From Candidatus Fermentithermobacillaceae bacterium (GTDB taxonomy: Bacteria > Bacillota > Sulfobacillia > Fermentithermobacillales > Fermentithermobacillaceae): 64,000 nt of DNA. Positions 16,036 to 24,987 of this stretch are shown piece by piece. The translations under genes and the position numbers were made by a program. The notes beneath the pieces were generated by a model. The model saw only the letters and a list, made by a program, of their open reading frames with translations. It did no database searches and had not been told where the DNA came from. Numbering within the stretch: the first letter of the stretch is position 1; the number at the start of each line of letters is the position of its first letter. The stretch covers positions 2,192-66,191 of the forward strand of contig DULO01000114.1 of assembly GCA_012840345.1 (NCBI GenBank), in the 5' to 3' direction.

Positions 16036-17154
16036 ATGGACGGCACATCACCCAAGACTGCCAGACCTAGGTGCAGGGACCTTGGCATAACAATTGGAAG
16101 GATGTCTCCCGGGCCGAAAAACGCCATCACCGATGTTCCCCAAGTCGCGGTAGGCCACGTTACCTTGATCGATGGGGAAGGGCCTTTGGTGCCTGGGAAA
16201 GGGCCCGTTCGCACAGGGGTCACCGCTGTTCTTCCACACCGGGGGAACCTTTTCGAGGAGAAGGTCCGGGCAGCGATTCACGTCATAAACGGGTTCGGCA
16301 AAGCCACCGGCTTGGCTCAGGTCGCGGAACTAGGGGTCCTGGAAACGCCCTTGGTCTTGACCAACACCCTATCGGTCGGTACTGCGTGGGATGCTCTATG
16401 CGAGTACATGCTAACCAAGAACCCGGAGATCGGAGTCTCTACAGGCACGGTCAATCCGGTGGTGCTTGAGTGCAACGACGGCTTCCTGAACGACATACGA
16501 GGACGGCATGTACGCCGGGAACATGTGCTGGCGGCGTTGGATGGGGCCACTTGCGGCCCGGTCCAGGAAGGAAACGTTGGCGCGGGCACAGGCATGTCGT
16601 GCTTGGGCTTTAAAGGAGGAATCGGGACAGCGTCCCGGAGGCTCACCGGGGAACTGGAAGGAAACTGCCTGGGAGTCTTGGTTCTGGCCAACTTCGGTCA
16701 AGCCGAGGACCTTACCATCGCGGGAGTCCCTGTGGGGTTCGAGCTATCCAAACGGCAACATCATCCCCCCGCGCCTCCCGGGTCGATAGTGATCATCGTG
16801 GCCACGGACGCTCCGCTAAGCGATCGCCAGTTGGGCAGGGTCGCCCGGAGGTGCCAAGGGGGCCTAGCCAGAGTGGGTTCGGTTTTCCACAACGGGAGCG
16901 GCGATTTTGTGGTCGCCTTTTCAAACGCCGAAAAGGTTGGTCATCAAGGGCCCGCGATCGAGAACGCGAAGATGGTGAGGGACGACTCTTTGGAGATGGC
17001 GGGACTCTTCAGGGCAGCGGTGGAAGGCACGGAGGAAGCGGTCCTGAACGCCCTTTTCGCGGCCGACACCATGGTGGGCAGGGACGGCAACACCAGGTTA
17101 GGGCTTCCCCTTGACGAAACCGTGGAGATCTTGAAAAGCCATAGAGCTTTGTAG
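16036..17154 (+). CDS. DmpA/BapA-type (peptidase S58) aminopeptidase
   Basis: VGHVTLIDG...VRTGVTAVLPH, and the self-processing/nucleophile block PPGSIVIIVATDAPL. Confidence 0.75.
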   Translation: MDGTSPKTARPRCRDLGITIGRMSPGPKNAITDVPQVAVGHVTLIDGEGPLVPGKGPVRTGVTAVLPHRGNLFEEKVRAAIHVINGFGKATGLAQVAELGVLETPLVLTNTLSVGTAWDALCEYMLTKNPEIGVSTGTVNPVVLECNDGFLNDIRGRHVRREHVLAALDGATCGPVQEGNVGAGTGMSCLGFKGGIGTASRRLTGELEGNCLGVLVLANFGQAEDLTIAGVPVGFELSKRQHHPPAPPGSIVIIVATDAPLSDRQLGRVARRCQGGLARVGSVFHNGSGDFVVAFSNAEKVGHQGPAIENAKMVRDDSLEMAGLFRAAVEGTEEAVLNALFAADTMVGRDGNTRLGLPLDETVEILKSHRAL

Positions 17155-17244
17155 ATGCCAATTATGTCCTGTTGGAGGATAGTCCTCATCTACGTCGAAT
17201 TCTGATTTTCTATAATAAGGCGCAAAAGAAGCGAGGGACAGCCG

Positions 17245-17916
17245 ATGCCGAGAGAATCCAACCAATCGGGAGGCGGCGGCAGCGCCCCAAAGAAGAGCGT
17301 GAGCCGGCCCTCTTATTTGGGAGGGAGCAGATCCCAGACCCAAAGTCTGCCCGTCGAGACGAAGGCAGAGCCTGTCGTATCGAAACCGGCATCGGAGGAC
17401 AAGGCCCTGTACGAGTGGAAAATCTGGCTGTTTCCGAGGCGCCCCATGGTTTCAGCTATCGTGGTGCTCGTCGTACTCGGAAGCTTGGCTTTGGCGTACT
17501 GGACTTACCCGGAGCCGCTTTTCATAGCCATCATAGCGTTGATTCTTTTAAACAGGCTTGCCCTGTATCTGTTCCCGGTTAAGTACACCATCGGGGAAGT
17601 CACTGTGGGATACGAGACATTGTTGGCCAGAGACAAGAGGACTTGGGACAAGTTCTTCACCTACTACCAGTTCCCGGACGGGGTTCTCTTGGCCCACGAT
17701 ACCCGGGGTCTTAGGGGGCGTCTGAAAGAGGGGTTGTTTCTCTACTACAACCGGGACCTTTCCAATAAAGAGCAGATACTGGATCTCGTCAAAGCCCGGC
17801 TTAAACCGCCTAAGGAAGCCACGCGGGACGATCAATCGTCACCTAGTAAGGGAGGGATACTGTCCGCTTGGCGCCGGGTGAGAAGGGCCAAGCAGAGCCG
17901 GGAACGGGAAGAGTAG
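17245..17916 (+). CDS. membrane protein: disordered N-terminus, two TM helices, bacterial-PH-like domain
   Basis: TM hairpin MVSAIVVLVVLGSLALAYW / LFIAIIALILLNRLALYLF followed by about 100 aa (KYTIGEVTVGYETLLARDKRTWDKFFTY). This is the YdbS/YdbT-type arrangement. Confidence 0.45.
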   Translation: MPRESNQSGGGGSAPKKSVSRPSYLGGSRSQTQSLPVETKAEPVVSKPASEDKALYEWKIWLFPRRPMVSAIVVLVVLGSLALAYWTYPEPLFIAIIALILLNRLALYLFPVKYTIGEVTVGYETLLARDKRTWDKFFTYYQFPDGVLLAHDTRGLRGRLKEGLFLYYNRDLSNKEQILDLVKARLKPPKEATRDDQSSPSKGGILSAWRRVRRAKQSREREE

Positions 17917-17943
17917 TAATAGCATTCAGAAATGGGGGTGTAG

Positions 17944-18333
17944 GTGATGTTCAAGGCTCCTGAGCCTATAGACGCGAAGAAGCGCGACCAGATGATTGAA
18001 GCAGTGGCCCAAAGAGTTCAGCAGTTCGGAATGCTGGTGCCGGCCATTTTCTTCTTGGAGATGAACAAACCCCTAAGCTACATCGGCGCCCAAGCTATGC
18101 ACTTCTTCTCGCCCATCATCGGCGTGTTGTTTCCTACCTTTGAGGATTACGCGTACTTCCTGGAAGACCGGGAGAATGTGGAACTCCTGATACAGAAGCT
18201 CGAGAGTTTGTCGGAACAGGAAGAAGAAGCGCGGAGGCAAGCCAAGAAAGAGAAGCAACTCAAGAAGCAAGCCAAGCGTGCCAGCTTGTTGGACGAGGCT
18301 CAGCAGATGGACAAAGATTTGCCTTCTCAATGA
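17944..18333 (+). CDS. small hypothetical protein with a hydrophobic core and a Lys/Glu-rich tail
   Basis: 129 aa. FGMLVPAIFFLEMNKPLSYIGAQAMHFFSPIIGVLFP, then EQEEEARRQAKKEKQLKKQAKR. 27 nt after the previous gene. Confidence 0.45.
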   Translation: MMFKAPEPIDAKKRDQMIEAVAQRVQQFGMLVPAIFFLEMNKPLSYIGAQAMHFFSPIIGVLFPTFEDYAYFLEDRENVELLIQKLESLSEQEEEARRQAKKEKQLKKQAKRASLLDEAQQMDKDLPSQ

Positions 18334-18422
18334 AGGGATTTTGAGATCCGACAGCATATTGCAGACAAGTAGGTTTATTGCGATTTATCCTTGGCGTTGG
18401 CAGCAAGGGAGGGGGACAGTTA

Positions 18423-20273
18423 GTGCCTGAAGAAAAAGCTTTTCAGCTGGACAGGGAGATCAACTCTGTCTTGGCTACAGACTGCGGCTCCACAACGACC
18501 AAAGCGATCCTCATCGAAAAGGTCGGCGACGAATATCGCCTTATAGTTAGAGGTGAAGCCCCGACAACCGTTGAGGCTCCGTTTGAGGATGTTACCGCAG
18601 GCGCGAGAAACGCTATACGAGAAGTCGAGGAACTGACAGGAAAGACGCTACTGGACGAAAAGGGAGTCATAACCCCGAGAAGGCCCGACGGAACCGGAGT
18701 GGACATCTACATGTCCACGTCCTCGGCCGGCGGCGGCCTGCAGATGATGGTGGCCGGCGTGGTCAAAACCATGACCGCCGAATCGGCGGCAAGAGCCGCT
18801 CTTGGCGCGGGCGCCATCGTCATGGACGTTATCTCGGTGGACGATGGAAGGAAGCCCCACGAGAAGATCCAAAGGATCCGCCACCTGCGTCCCGACATGA
18901 TTCTTTTGTCAGGGGGCATTGACGGCGGCACCATCACTCACGTCGTGGAGATCGCCGAGTTGATCTCGGCGGCGGAACCCAAGCCCAGGCTGGGAATTGG
19001 GTTCAAGCTGCCGGTGATTTACGCGGGCAACAAGGACGCGAGGCCCCACATTCAATCAAGTCTGGGTCAAAAAGTGGACCTCAGGATCACGGACAACCTC
19101 CGTCCGGTTCTGGAGAAAGAAGTCTTGGGACCCGCCCGAGAAGAGATCCACAACCTGTTCATGGAGCACGTTATGGCCCAGGCTCCCGGGTACAACAAAC
19201 TCATGTCCTGGACACCGGTGCCCATCATGCCGACGCCGGGCGCGGTAGGCATTTGCATGCAGACTGCCTCGCGAGAGTATGACGTGAGCGTCATCGGCGT
19301 TGACATCGGCGGCGCCACGACTGACGTCTTCTCCGTGTTCGGCGAGTTCTTTAACCGTACCGTTTCCGCGAACTTGGGAATGAGCTACTCTATCTGCAAC
19401 GTTCTCTTGGAGGCGGGCGTCCAAAACATCTTGCGCTGGATACCGTTTAAGATAGATGAGGGCGACCTCAGGAACAGGATCCGGAACAAGATGATCCGTC
19501 CGACGACCATTCCCCAGACTCTCGATGAGCTCGTAATTGAGCAGGCGATCGCTCGCGAGGCTCTGAGGCTCGCTTTCCTCCACCACAAGAGCTTGGCTGT
19601 GGGATTGCGTGGAGTCCACAAAGAGAGGACTATCGGAGATACTTTCGAGCAGACCGGAAGCGGAGAGTCTTACATCGACCTCATGGATCTCGGCATGCTT
19701 GTCGGTTCGGGCGGCGTTTTGTCCCACGCGCCGAGACGCGCTCAGAGCGCCATGATGATGCTGGACGCTTTCCAGCCTGAGGGGCTCACAATGCTTGCGG
19801 TAGACTCGATCTTCATGACGCCCCAGCTGGGCATCTTGTCCACGATCCATCCGAAAGCCGCCATGCAAGTGTTTGAAAGGGACTGCTTGATTATTCTGGG
19901 CACCGCCATAGCTCCGGCCGGCCCGAGCGGTTCCGCCAAGCCGGGAGACTCCTGCGTGAAGGTGACTTTGGAGTGGGACGACCAGTCTGTTACCGAAGAA
20001 GTGCCTTACGGCCAGATGAAGGTTGTCCCGGTTCCCAACGGCAAGACCGCAAAGGCCGTCATCCAGCCGTCCAGGCAATTCAACGCGGGCGCCGGATACG
20101 GCCATACCGTTGAAAAGACGATCAACGGCGGAGTAGTGGGCGTCATCATTGACTGCCGCGGACGGCCGTTCACGCCTCCTGCCGACGAAGCTTCGCGCAA
20201 CGCCAAACTCTTGGAGTGGTTCAGGGCTTTGAATCTGTACCCCCAAGAATCGCTGGAAAAGTACGCTAAGTAG
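18423..20273 (+). CDS. GlmL/MutL-like ASKHA-fold protein (hydantoinase/reactivase-related)
   Basis: Phosphate-1 motif LATDCGSTTTKAILIE and second ASKHA motif VIGVDIGGATTDVFSV. Start placed at GTG 18423, 6 nt after AAGGGAGGGGGA; the ORF opens at 18378. Confidence 0.65.
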   Translation: MPEEKAFQLDREINSVLATDCGSTTTKAILIEKVGDEYRLIVRGEAPTTVEAPFEDVTAGARNAIREVEELTGKTLLDEKGVITPRRPDGTGVDIYMSTSSAGGGLQMMVAGVVKTMTAESAARAALGAGAIVMDVISVDDGRKPHEKIQRIRHLRPDMILLSGGIDGGTITHVVEIAELISAAEPKPRLGIGFKLPVIYAGNKDARPHIQSSLGQKVDLRITDNLRPVLEKEVLGPAREEIHNLFMEHVMAQAPGYNKLMSWTPVPIMPTPGAVGICMQTASREYDVSVIGVDIGGATTDVFSVFGEFFNRTVSANLGMSYSICNVLLEAGVQNILRWIPFKIDEGDLRNRIRNKMIRPTTIPQTLDELVIEQAIAREALRLAFLHHKSLAVGLRGVHKERTIGDTFEQTGSGESYIDLMDLGMLVGSGGVLSHAPRRAQSAMMMLDAFQPEGLTMLAVDSIFMTPQLGILSTIHPKAAMQVFERDCLIILGTAIAPAGPSGSAKPGDSCVKVTLEWDDQSVTEEVPYGQMKVVPVPNGKTAKAVIQPSRQFNAGAGYGHTVEKTINGGVVGVIIDCRGRPFTPPADEASRNAKLLEWFRALNLYPQESLEKYAK

Positions 20274-20287
20274 GAGGGAAGGTAGAA

Positions 20288-21409
20288 ATGGCACACGCAT
20301 ATACGCCTGGATTGAAAGTTACCGAGAGGGCCATCGTCAGGAAGACGCGCCGCCTTCCTATCCTAGGTGAAGTCCTTGTAGAGAAGGGCCAGTCCGTGTC
20401 TCCGGACACAGTGGTAGCCCGCACCAACATACCCGGCAACCCGATGACGGTTAACGTGGCTAATGTCCTGGGCGTGGAACCTGAAGATATATTGGATTTC
20501 ATGACCAAGAAGGAAGGGGACACGATCCGCAAGGATGAGATCCTGGCCAACTACAGGTCGTTCTTCGGCCTGTTCAGGCACGAAGTGAAGTCCCCCGTTG
20601 ACGGGACCGTCGAGATGATCTCCACGGTTACAGGCCAGGTTACTTTGCGCGAACCTCCTATCCCCGTGGAAGTTGACGCTTATATAGACGGCGTGGTCGA
20701 AGAAGTGCTCCCAAGGGAAGGCGTTGTCGTCAGAACTGAAGGTGCCTTCATCCAGGGCATTTTCGGAGTTGGCGGCGAGACTCAGGGTATCGTTAGGGTG
20801 GCCGTCGACGGGCCCGATGACGTTCTTGACGAGTCGTGCTTCACTCCCCAGGACAAAGGCAAAGTGATCGTAGGCGGTTCGCTGGTTACCGCCGCGGGTA
20901 TCAAGAAGGCTGCCGAGGTAGGCGCGAAAGGCGTAGTGGTAGGCGGTATCATCGATACCGACCTGATCGCTTACTTGGGACACGACATCGGAGTCGCCAT
21001 TACCGGTCACGAAGATGTACCCGTCACCTTGATTATCACTGAGGGCTTCGGCAAGATGAGGATGGCTGACCGGACTTTCCAGTTGTTTAAGGCGATTTCC
21101 GGATTTAAGGCGTCCATTAACGGAGCCACCCAGATCAGGGCGGGTGTTATGAGGCCCGAGATTATCGTCCCCGGCTTCCAGGCCACAGAGCAACTGGTCG
21201 AGCACGACCTGTCAGAGGGCTTGGTCCCCGGCACCCCGCTCCGCATCATCCGGGAACCTTACTTCGGACAGTTGGCGGAAGTTGTCGACCTGCCGCCTGA
21301 GCTTCAGGTAATCGAGACAGAGGCCAAAGTGAGAATACTTCGGGCCAAGCTCCAGGACGGTACCATCGTGACCATTCCGAGGGCCAACGTAGAGATCATC
21401 GAGAAGTAA
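20288..21409 (+). CDS. hypothetical protein with lipoyl/biotinyl-like barrel-sandwich hybrid segments
   Basis: GQSVSPDTVVARTNIPG and GDTIRKDEILANY...VKSPVDGTVEMIS resemble hybrid-barrel motifs. No attachment lysine motif (MKM) is seen. 14 nt after the GlmL-like gene, with a GGAGGGAAGG RBS. Confidence 0.45.
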   Translation: MAHAYTPGLKVTERAIVRKTRRLPILGEVLVEKGQSVSPDTVVARTNIPGNPMTVNVANVLGVEPEDILDFMTKKEGDTIRKDEILANYRSFFGLFRHEVKSPVDGTVEMISTVTGQVTLREPPIPVEVDAYIDGVVEEVLPREGVVVRTEGAFIQGIFGVGGETQGIVRVAVDGPDDVLDESCFTPQDKGKVIVGGSLVTAAGIKKAAEVGAKGVVVGGIIDTDLIAYLGHDIGVAITGHEDVPVTLIITEGFGKMRMADRTFQLFKAISGFKASINGATQIRAGVMRPEIIVPGFQATEQLVEHDLSEGLVPGTPLRIIREPYFGQLAEVVDLPPELQVIETEAKVRILRAKLQDGTIVTIPRANVEIIEK

Positions 21410-21431
21410 CTTACGCTGGAGTTAAGATCTA

Positions 21432-21465
21432 AGGGGAGAGAATGCTCTCCCCTTTTATTTGTTTT
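21432..21465 (+). terminator. rho-independent terminator
   Basis: AGGGGAGAG-aatg-CTCTCCCCT followed by TTTTATTTGTTTT. Confidence 0.85.
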
Positions 21466-21500
21466 CCATCTGGAGGGATAAAAACCTATAGTAGAGAACA

Positions 21501-22511
21501 ATGGTAACTAGGGCGCCAGCAACGAAGGGAGGCGTGCCGGGCGAAAGATTGCCCGGCCATAACCGCATGGATAGAGAACTAATCATGGAGTTCATGAAGG
21601 AAGACGTTATACCCGACCGGGCCAAGTTTGACGACTATTTGTCAGTCCTTCTGGGTGTCAGGCGGGCGTCACAGATCGTCTTGCCTGCCGAACTCCCGGA
21701 CGCGAGCGTGTTGGGCGCCACCATCGACGACAGGTTCCGCCAAAAACTCGAGGGGAAGAGGTTGCCCGGCGAGAGCATTTCCGAGTTCCTCAAGGGGAAA
21801 GTGGGAAAGCACTGGCGTAAGTCCCAGATGGCGGAGATCCGCCACCGGATGGACATATTGAAGAGTCTGTACTCGGAAGTTGTGGAGAAATCCCACTCAT
21901 ACCAGGTCTTTATGAAATGGGCGGACCGGCTCGGGTTGAAACGGAAAGAACTGGAGTCAAGACCCACGATCAGGGAAGTCTATCTTTTTACCGATCCCAA
22001 GGTAGCCGACGAGTTAACCGAGCTTCAAGACCTGCGAAAGGATATCCGCTACCAAAAGCTCAGGACCCCCGATTCATCGGCGGTTTATGCCAGGGCCTTT
22101 CCGGAAGAGCAGAACGCGGCGTACGTCAAAACGTTGGGGGCCATCTTGGGTTTTCCCGCCTGCTGCATTGACAGGTACTTGTTTGACAGGCAGAGCGGAA
22201 TACTGACCCCCGAAAGCCGGGCGTCCAACCAGTTGCTCCACCTGGAGGGACCGGACGAGTACAGTCCGTTCGCTTACTTCACCAAAGACTTCTTCCCGTG
22301 CCAGCCTGACTGTCCGGAAGCCGTCAAGATGGGAGAAAGCCTCTACAACAAGCTTCAGATGATTGACAGTTCTATTGCCGACAGGTTCAAAAAGCATCTT
22401 GAGGAAAACGCCGCTCTCATCAAGGAGTATCCGGAGTTGATCCGGAAGAAAGTCGAGATGCTGGAGCGAATTGCCGGTAGAGTCTCGGAAGGGGATAAAG
22501 TTGAGGGATAA
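21501..22511 (+). CDS. hypothetical protein with paired Cys motifs
   Basis: 336-aa ORF. GFPACCIDRY and FFPCQPDCPEA motifs lie about 60 aa apart. Start uncertain; MDRELIMEF at 21564 is an alternative. Confidence 0.5.
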   Translation: MVTRAPATKGGVPGERLPGHNRMDRELIMEFMKEDVIPDRAKFDDYLSVLLGVRRASQIVLPAELPDASVLGATIDDRFRQKLEGKRLPGESISEFLKGKVGKHWRKSQMAEIRHRMDILKSLYSEVVEKSHSYQVFMKWADRLGLKRKELESRPTIREVYLFTDPKVADELTELQDLRKDIRYQKLRTPDSSAVYARAFPEEQNAAYVKTLGAILGFPACCIDRYLFDRQSGILTPESRASNQLLHLEGPDEYSPFAYFTKDFFPCQPDCPEAVKMGESLYNKLQMIDSSIADRFKKHLEENAALIKEYPELIRKKVEMLERIAGRVSEGDKVEG

Positions 22512-23262
22512 AGGCGTAAGGCAGATCCCGCTGTTCGGCGATGAAGAGGACCTTGATGTACTAGAACCGGCTCCTGTGGCGGCGACGTCCGTGGCGAGGC
22601 CGCTTGACTTGTCTGGAGGCGATTTGCCTGGCCCCGAGCGGCTTTTCGCGGAAAAGGAGGAGCCGTGCCGCGAGAACGCGTGGGCGGGGATAAACGATCT
22701 TAAGACCCTCCGTTCCAAAGTGCTCTTGTGTAACGCTTGCCCTCTAAGAGCCGGGGCAAAGAACGTGGTATTTGGCGAAGGAAACCCGCACGCCCGTGTG
22801 ATGTTCATAGGAGAGGCCCCGGGCCAGAGCGAGGACGACTTGGGCAGGCCATTCGTAGGACGGGCGGGAAAGCTCTTGGATGCGGTCCTTGAAGAGGTTG
22901 GCCTTAGCCGCCAGGAGGTTTTCATCGCCAATATCGCCAAGTGCAGGCCGCCTCAGAACCGCCTGCCCGAACCTTTGGAAGTGAGCGCGTGCCTTCCTCA
23001 CCTAAAGGCCCAAATGCGCATCATAAGCCCCAAGTTCGTGGTGCTCCTTGGGGCATTGTCCAGCCAGACTCTTGTGGACCCGTCTCTTAGGGTAACCAGG
23101 GACAGGGGCAAGTGGTTTGAGAAAGACGGGATACACTATTTGGTCACCTTTCACCCTGCCGCCGTGTTAAGGGACGAACTGGGCAAGAGGAAGCTAGTGG
23201 TTTCGGACATGAAAAGCCTTAAGGCAAGGCTGGATCAGCTATGCCAAGAAAGAGGCTTGTGA
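22501..23262 (+). CDS. family-4 uracil-DNA glycosylase (Fe-S type) with an N-terminal extension
   Basis: CNACPL, VFGEGNPHARVMFIGEAPG, GRPFVGRAGKLLD, IANIAKCRPPQNR, TFHPAAVLR. TTG 22501 follows GGAAGGGGA; the ORF opens at 22471. Confidence 0.85.
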   Translation: MRDKGVRQIPLFGDEEDLDVLEPAPVAATSVARPLDLSGGDLPGPERLFAEKEEPCRENAWAGINDLKTLRSKVLLCNACPLRAGAKNVVFGEGNPHARVMFIGEAPGQSEDDLGRPFVGRAGKLLDAVLEEVGLSRQEVFIANIAKCRPPQNRLPEPLEVSACLPHLKAQMRIISPKFVVLLGALSSQTLVDPSLRVTRDRGKWFEKDGIHYLVTFHPAAVLRDELGKRKLVVSDMKSLKARLDQLCQERGL

Positions 23263-23744
23263 TCACCACCCGGTCTCCCTTGGAGACCAAGACCCTTGGG
23301 AGAATGCTGGGTGAGGTCCTGTCAGGCGGCGAGACCATCCTTCTGGAAGGCCCGCTTGGGGCCGGAAAGACAGTGCTCGTTCAAGGGATCGCGAAAGGCG
23401 TGGGCTATGAGGGGCCTGTTCAGAGCCCTAGTTTTGTTCTGGAGAGGGTGCACAAGGGCAGGCTTATCTTGCGCCACCTCGATCTGTATAGACTGACAGG
23501 GGAAGAAGCCATGGAGGCCGGGCTCTTGGAAGAGCCGGACCCCTCCACGGTGCTCGTAATCGAGTGGGCACGCAGGGCCGAAGGGCTTCTTTTGTGGACG
23601 ATGAGGATCGAAATAGAGTTTTTGGCCTCTTCGCCCGAGGAGAGGCGCATAGTCATTGAGCCCGCCGGACTAAAGTGGGGAGAGAAGGCTAAGCATGTCC
23701 TTGAGAAATTCAGGGGAGAACTCGCCCAAAGTACTGGCCCTTGA
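23241..23744 (+). CDS. tsaE: tRNA t6A37 biosynthesis ATPase TsaE
   Basis: LEGPLGAGKTVLVQG, SPSFVL, LRHLDLYRL. Confidence 0.85.
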   Translation: MPRKRLVITTRSPLETKTLGRMLGEVLSGGETILLEGPLGAGKTVLVQGIAKGVGYEGPVQSPSFVLERVHKGRLILRHLDLYRLTGEEAMEAGLLEEPDPSTVLVIEWARRAEGLLLWTMRIEIEFLASSPEERRIVIEPAGLKWGEKAKHVLEKFRGELAQSTGP

Positions 23745-24480
23745 GACCAGCACGGCGTTACTGGGAGCTGCCGTGGTAAGGGGCCGGGAAGTCTTGGTGG
23801 AAATCATCCTGAACAAGCCGAACCAAGGCTCGAGCGTGTTGCTCCCCATGTGTGTGGAGGCTTTGGAGCGAGCTGAGATCTCGCTAAACGATCTCTCGTG
23901 TATAGCGGTTTCCAAAGGTCCGGGCTCCTTTACCGGCCTAAGGATAGGAGTCGCGACCGCCCAAGGCCTTGCGGTGTCTCTAGAGAAGAGAATCGCGATG
24001 GTGCCAAGTTTTGAAGTCATGCTGTACCAGGCGAAGCAGTTCCGGCACGTGGTCATAGCGTCCGGCAGAGCCAAGGCACAGGCGGCTTCCGCCGGGTACT
24101 CCCGGGTTGGAAACAAGGCGAAAGGGGGCCTTGGCGTCCCCTACGGATTTGAGGAGACCATTCAAGCCGGCCCTAGAGACCTCGATGAACTTCTTAGAGA
24201 GGTGCGGAGGCTAGGAGCTAGAGAAGTGCACGTCACGGGTGACGCGGCGGAGGATTTGATCGCTCTCGGTTCTAGGTATAGGAGCGGACCCCGGCTGGTT
24301 CCGGTCGAACCATACTGGCGGTTGCCGCGTCCCGGAATAGTGGGGCTTATCGGGGCAAGGATGTTTTCAGAGGGCATGGTTGTGGAAGCGGACGAAGCGG
24401 TCCCTGATTATTACCGGAAATCTCAGGCGGAAGTGATATCCGGCCGAAAAGCCGTCCCGACCGGAAGAAAGCGCGGGTGA
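23695..24480 (+). CDS. tsaB: tRNA t6A37 biosynthesis protein TsaB
   Basis: VLALETSTALLGAAVV, GPGSFTGLRIGVATAQGLA. The start may lie downstream of 23695, since there is a 50-nt overlap with tsaE. Confidence 0.85.
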   Translation: MSLRNSGENSPKVLALETSTALLGAAVVRGREVLVEIILNKPNQGSSVLLPMCVEALERAEISLNDLSCIAVSKGPGSFTGLRIGVATAQGLAVSLEKRIAMVPSFEVMLYQAKQFRHVVIASGRAKAQAASAGYSRVGNKAKGGLGVPYGFEETIQAGPRDLDELLREVRRLGAREVHVTGDAAEDLIALGSRYRSGPRLVPVEPYWRLPRPGIVGLIGARMFSEGMVVEADEAVPDYYRKSQAEVISGRKAVPTGRKRG

Positions 24481-24486
24481 AGGCCA

Positions 24487-24987
24487 ATGAAGGAAGTCCT
24501 AGATATCACGATTGAGCCGATGCGAGTATCTGATCTTGACCGGGTGTTGGAGATCGAGGCGGTGTCCTACCCGACCCCCTGGTCGAGGCGGGCCTTCCAG
24601 TCCGAACTCACCGAAAACTCTTACGCCCACTACTTCGTAGCCCGGCACAACGGAGAGATAGTGGGCTACGTGGGGATGTGGACCATTCTGGAAGAAGCTC
24701 ACATCACCAACATCGCCGTGCATCCCGACTTCCGGCGCAAAGGCGTGGGCCGGAGGATGCTTCTGGCTATGTTCGAGGAAGCCAAGAGATACGGCTGCAC
24801 GAGGATGACCCTGGAAGTTAGGGTATCCAACTACTCGGCCCAGGCCCTATACAAGGAACTGGGCTTCGTGAACCGCGGCATCCGCAAAGGCTATTACAGC
24901 GACACCAATGAAGACGCCTACATCATGTGGAAGGATGACCTGGGTCCGGCCAGACCCAAGGAAGAACGTCTCAGGTGGATGTATTGA
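24487..24987 (+). CDS. rimI: ribosomal-protein-alanine N-acetyltransferase (GNAT)
   Basis: HITNIAVHPDFRRKGVGRRML, LEVRVSNYSAQALYKELGF. Position between tsaB and tsaD. Confidence 0.8.
   Translation: MKEVLDITIEPMRVSDLDRVLEIEAVSYPTPWSRRAFQSELTENSYAHYFVARHNGEIVGYVGMWTILEEAHITNIAVHPDFRRKGVGRRMLLAMFEEAKRYGCTRMTLEVRVSNYSAQALYKELGFVNRGIRKGYYSDTNEDAYIMWKDDLGPARPKEERLRWMY

Noticed and set aside
19056-20300. 414-aa minus-strand ORF, one of many similar long antisense ORFs (others include 20363-21205, 22074-22940, 52731-53528, 11551-12249, 49390-50043, 12897-13508)
   Set aside because: All lie antisense to genes with clear motifs. Their translations are Arg/Gly/His/Pro-rich without motifs. These are typical shadow ORFs of GC-rich coding DNA.
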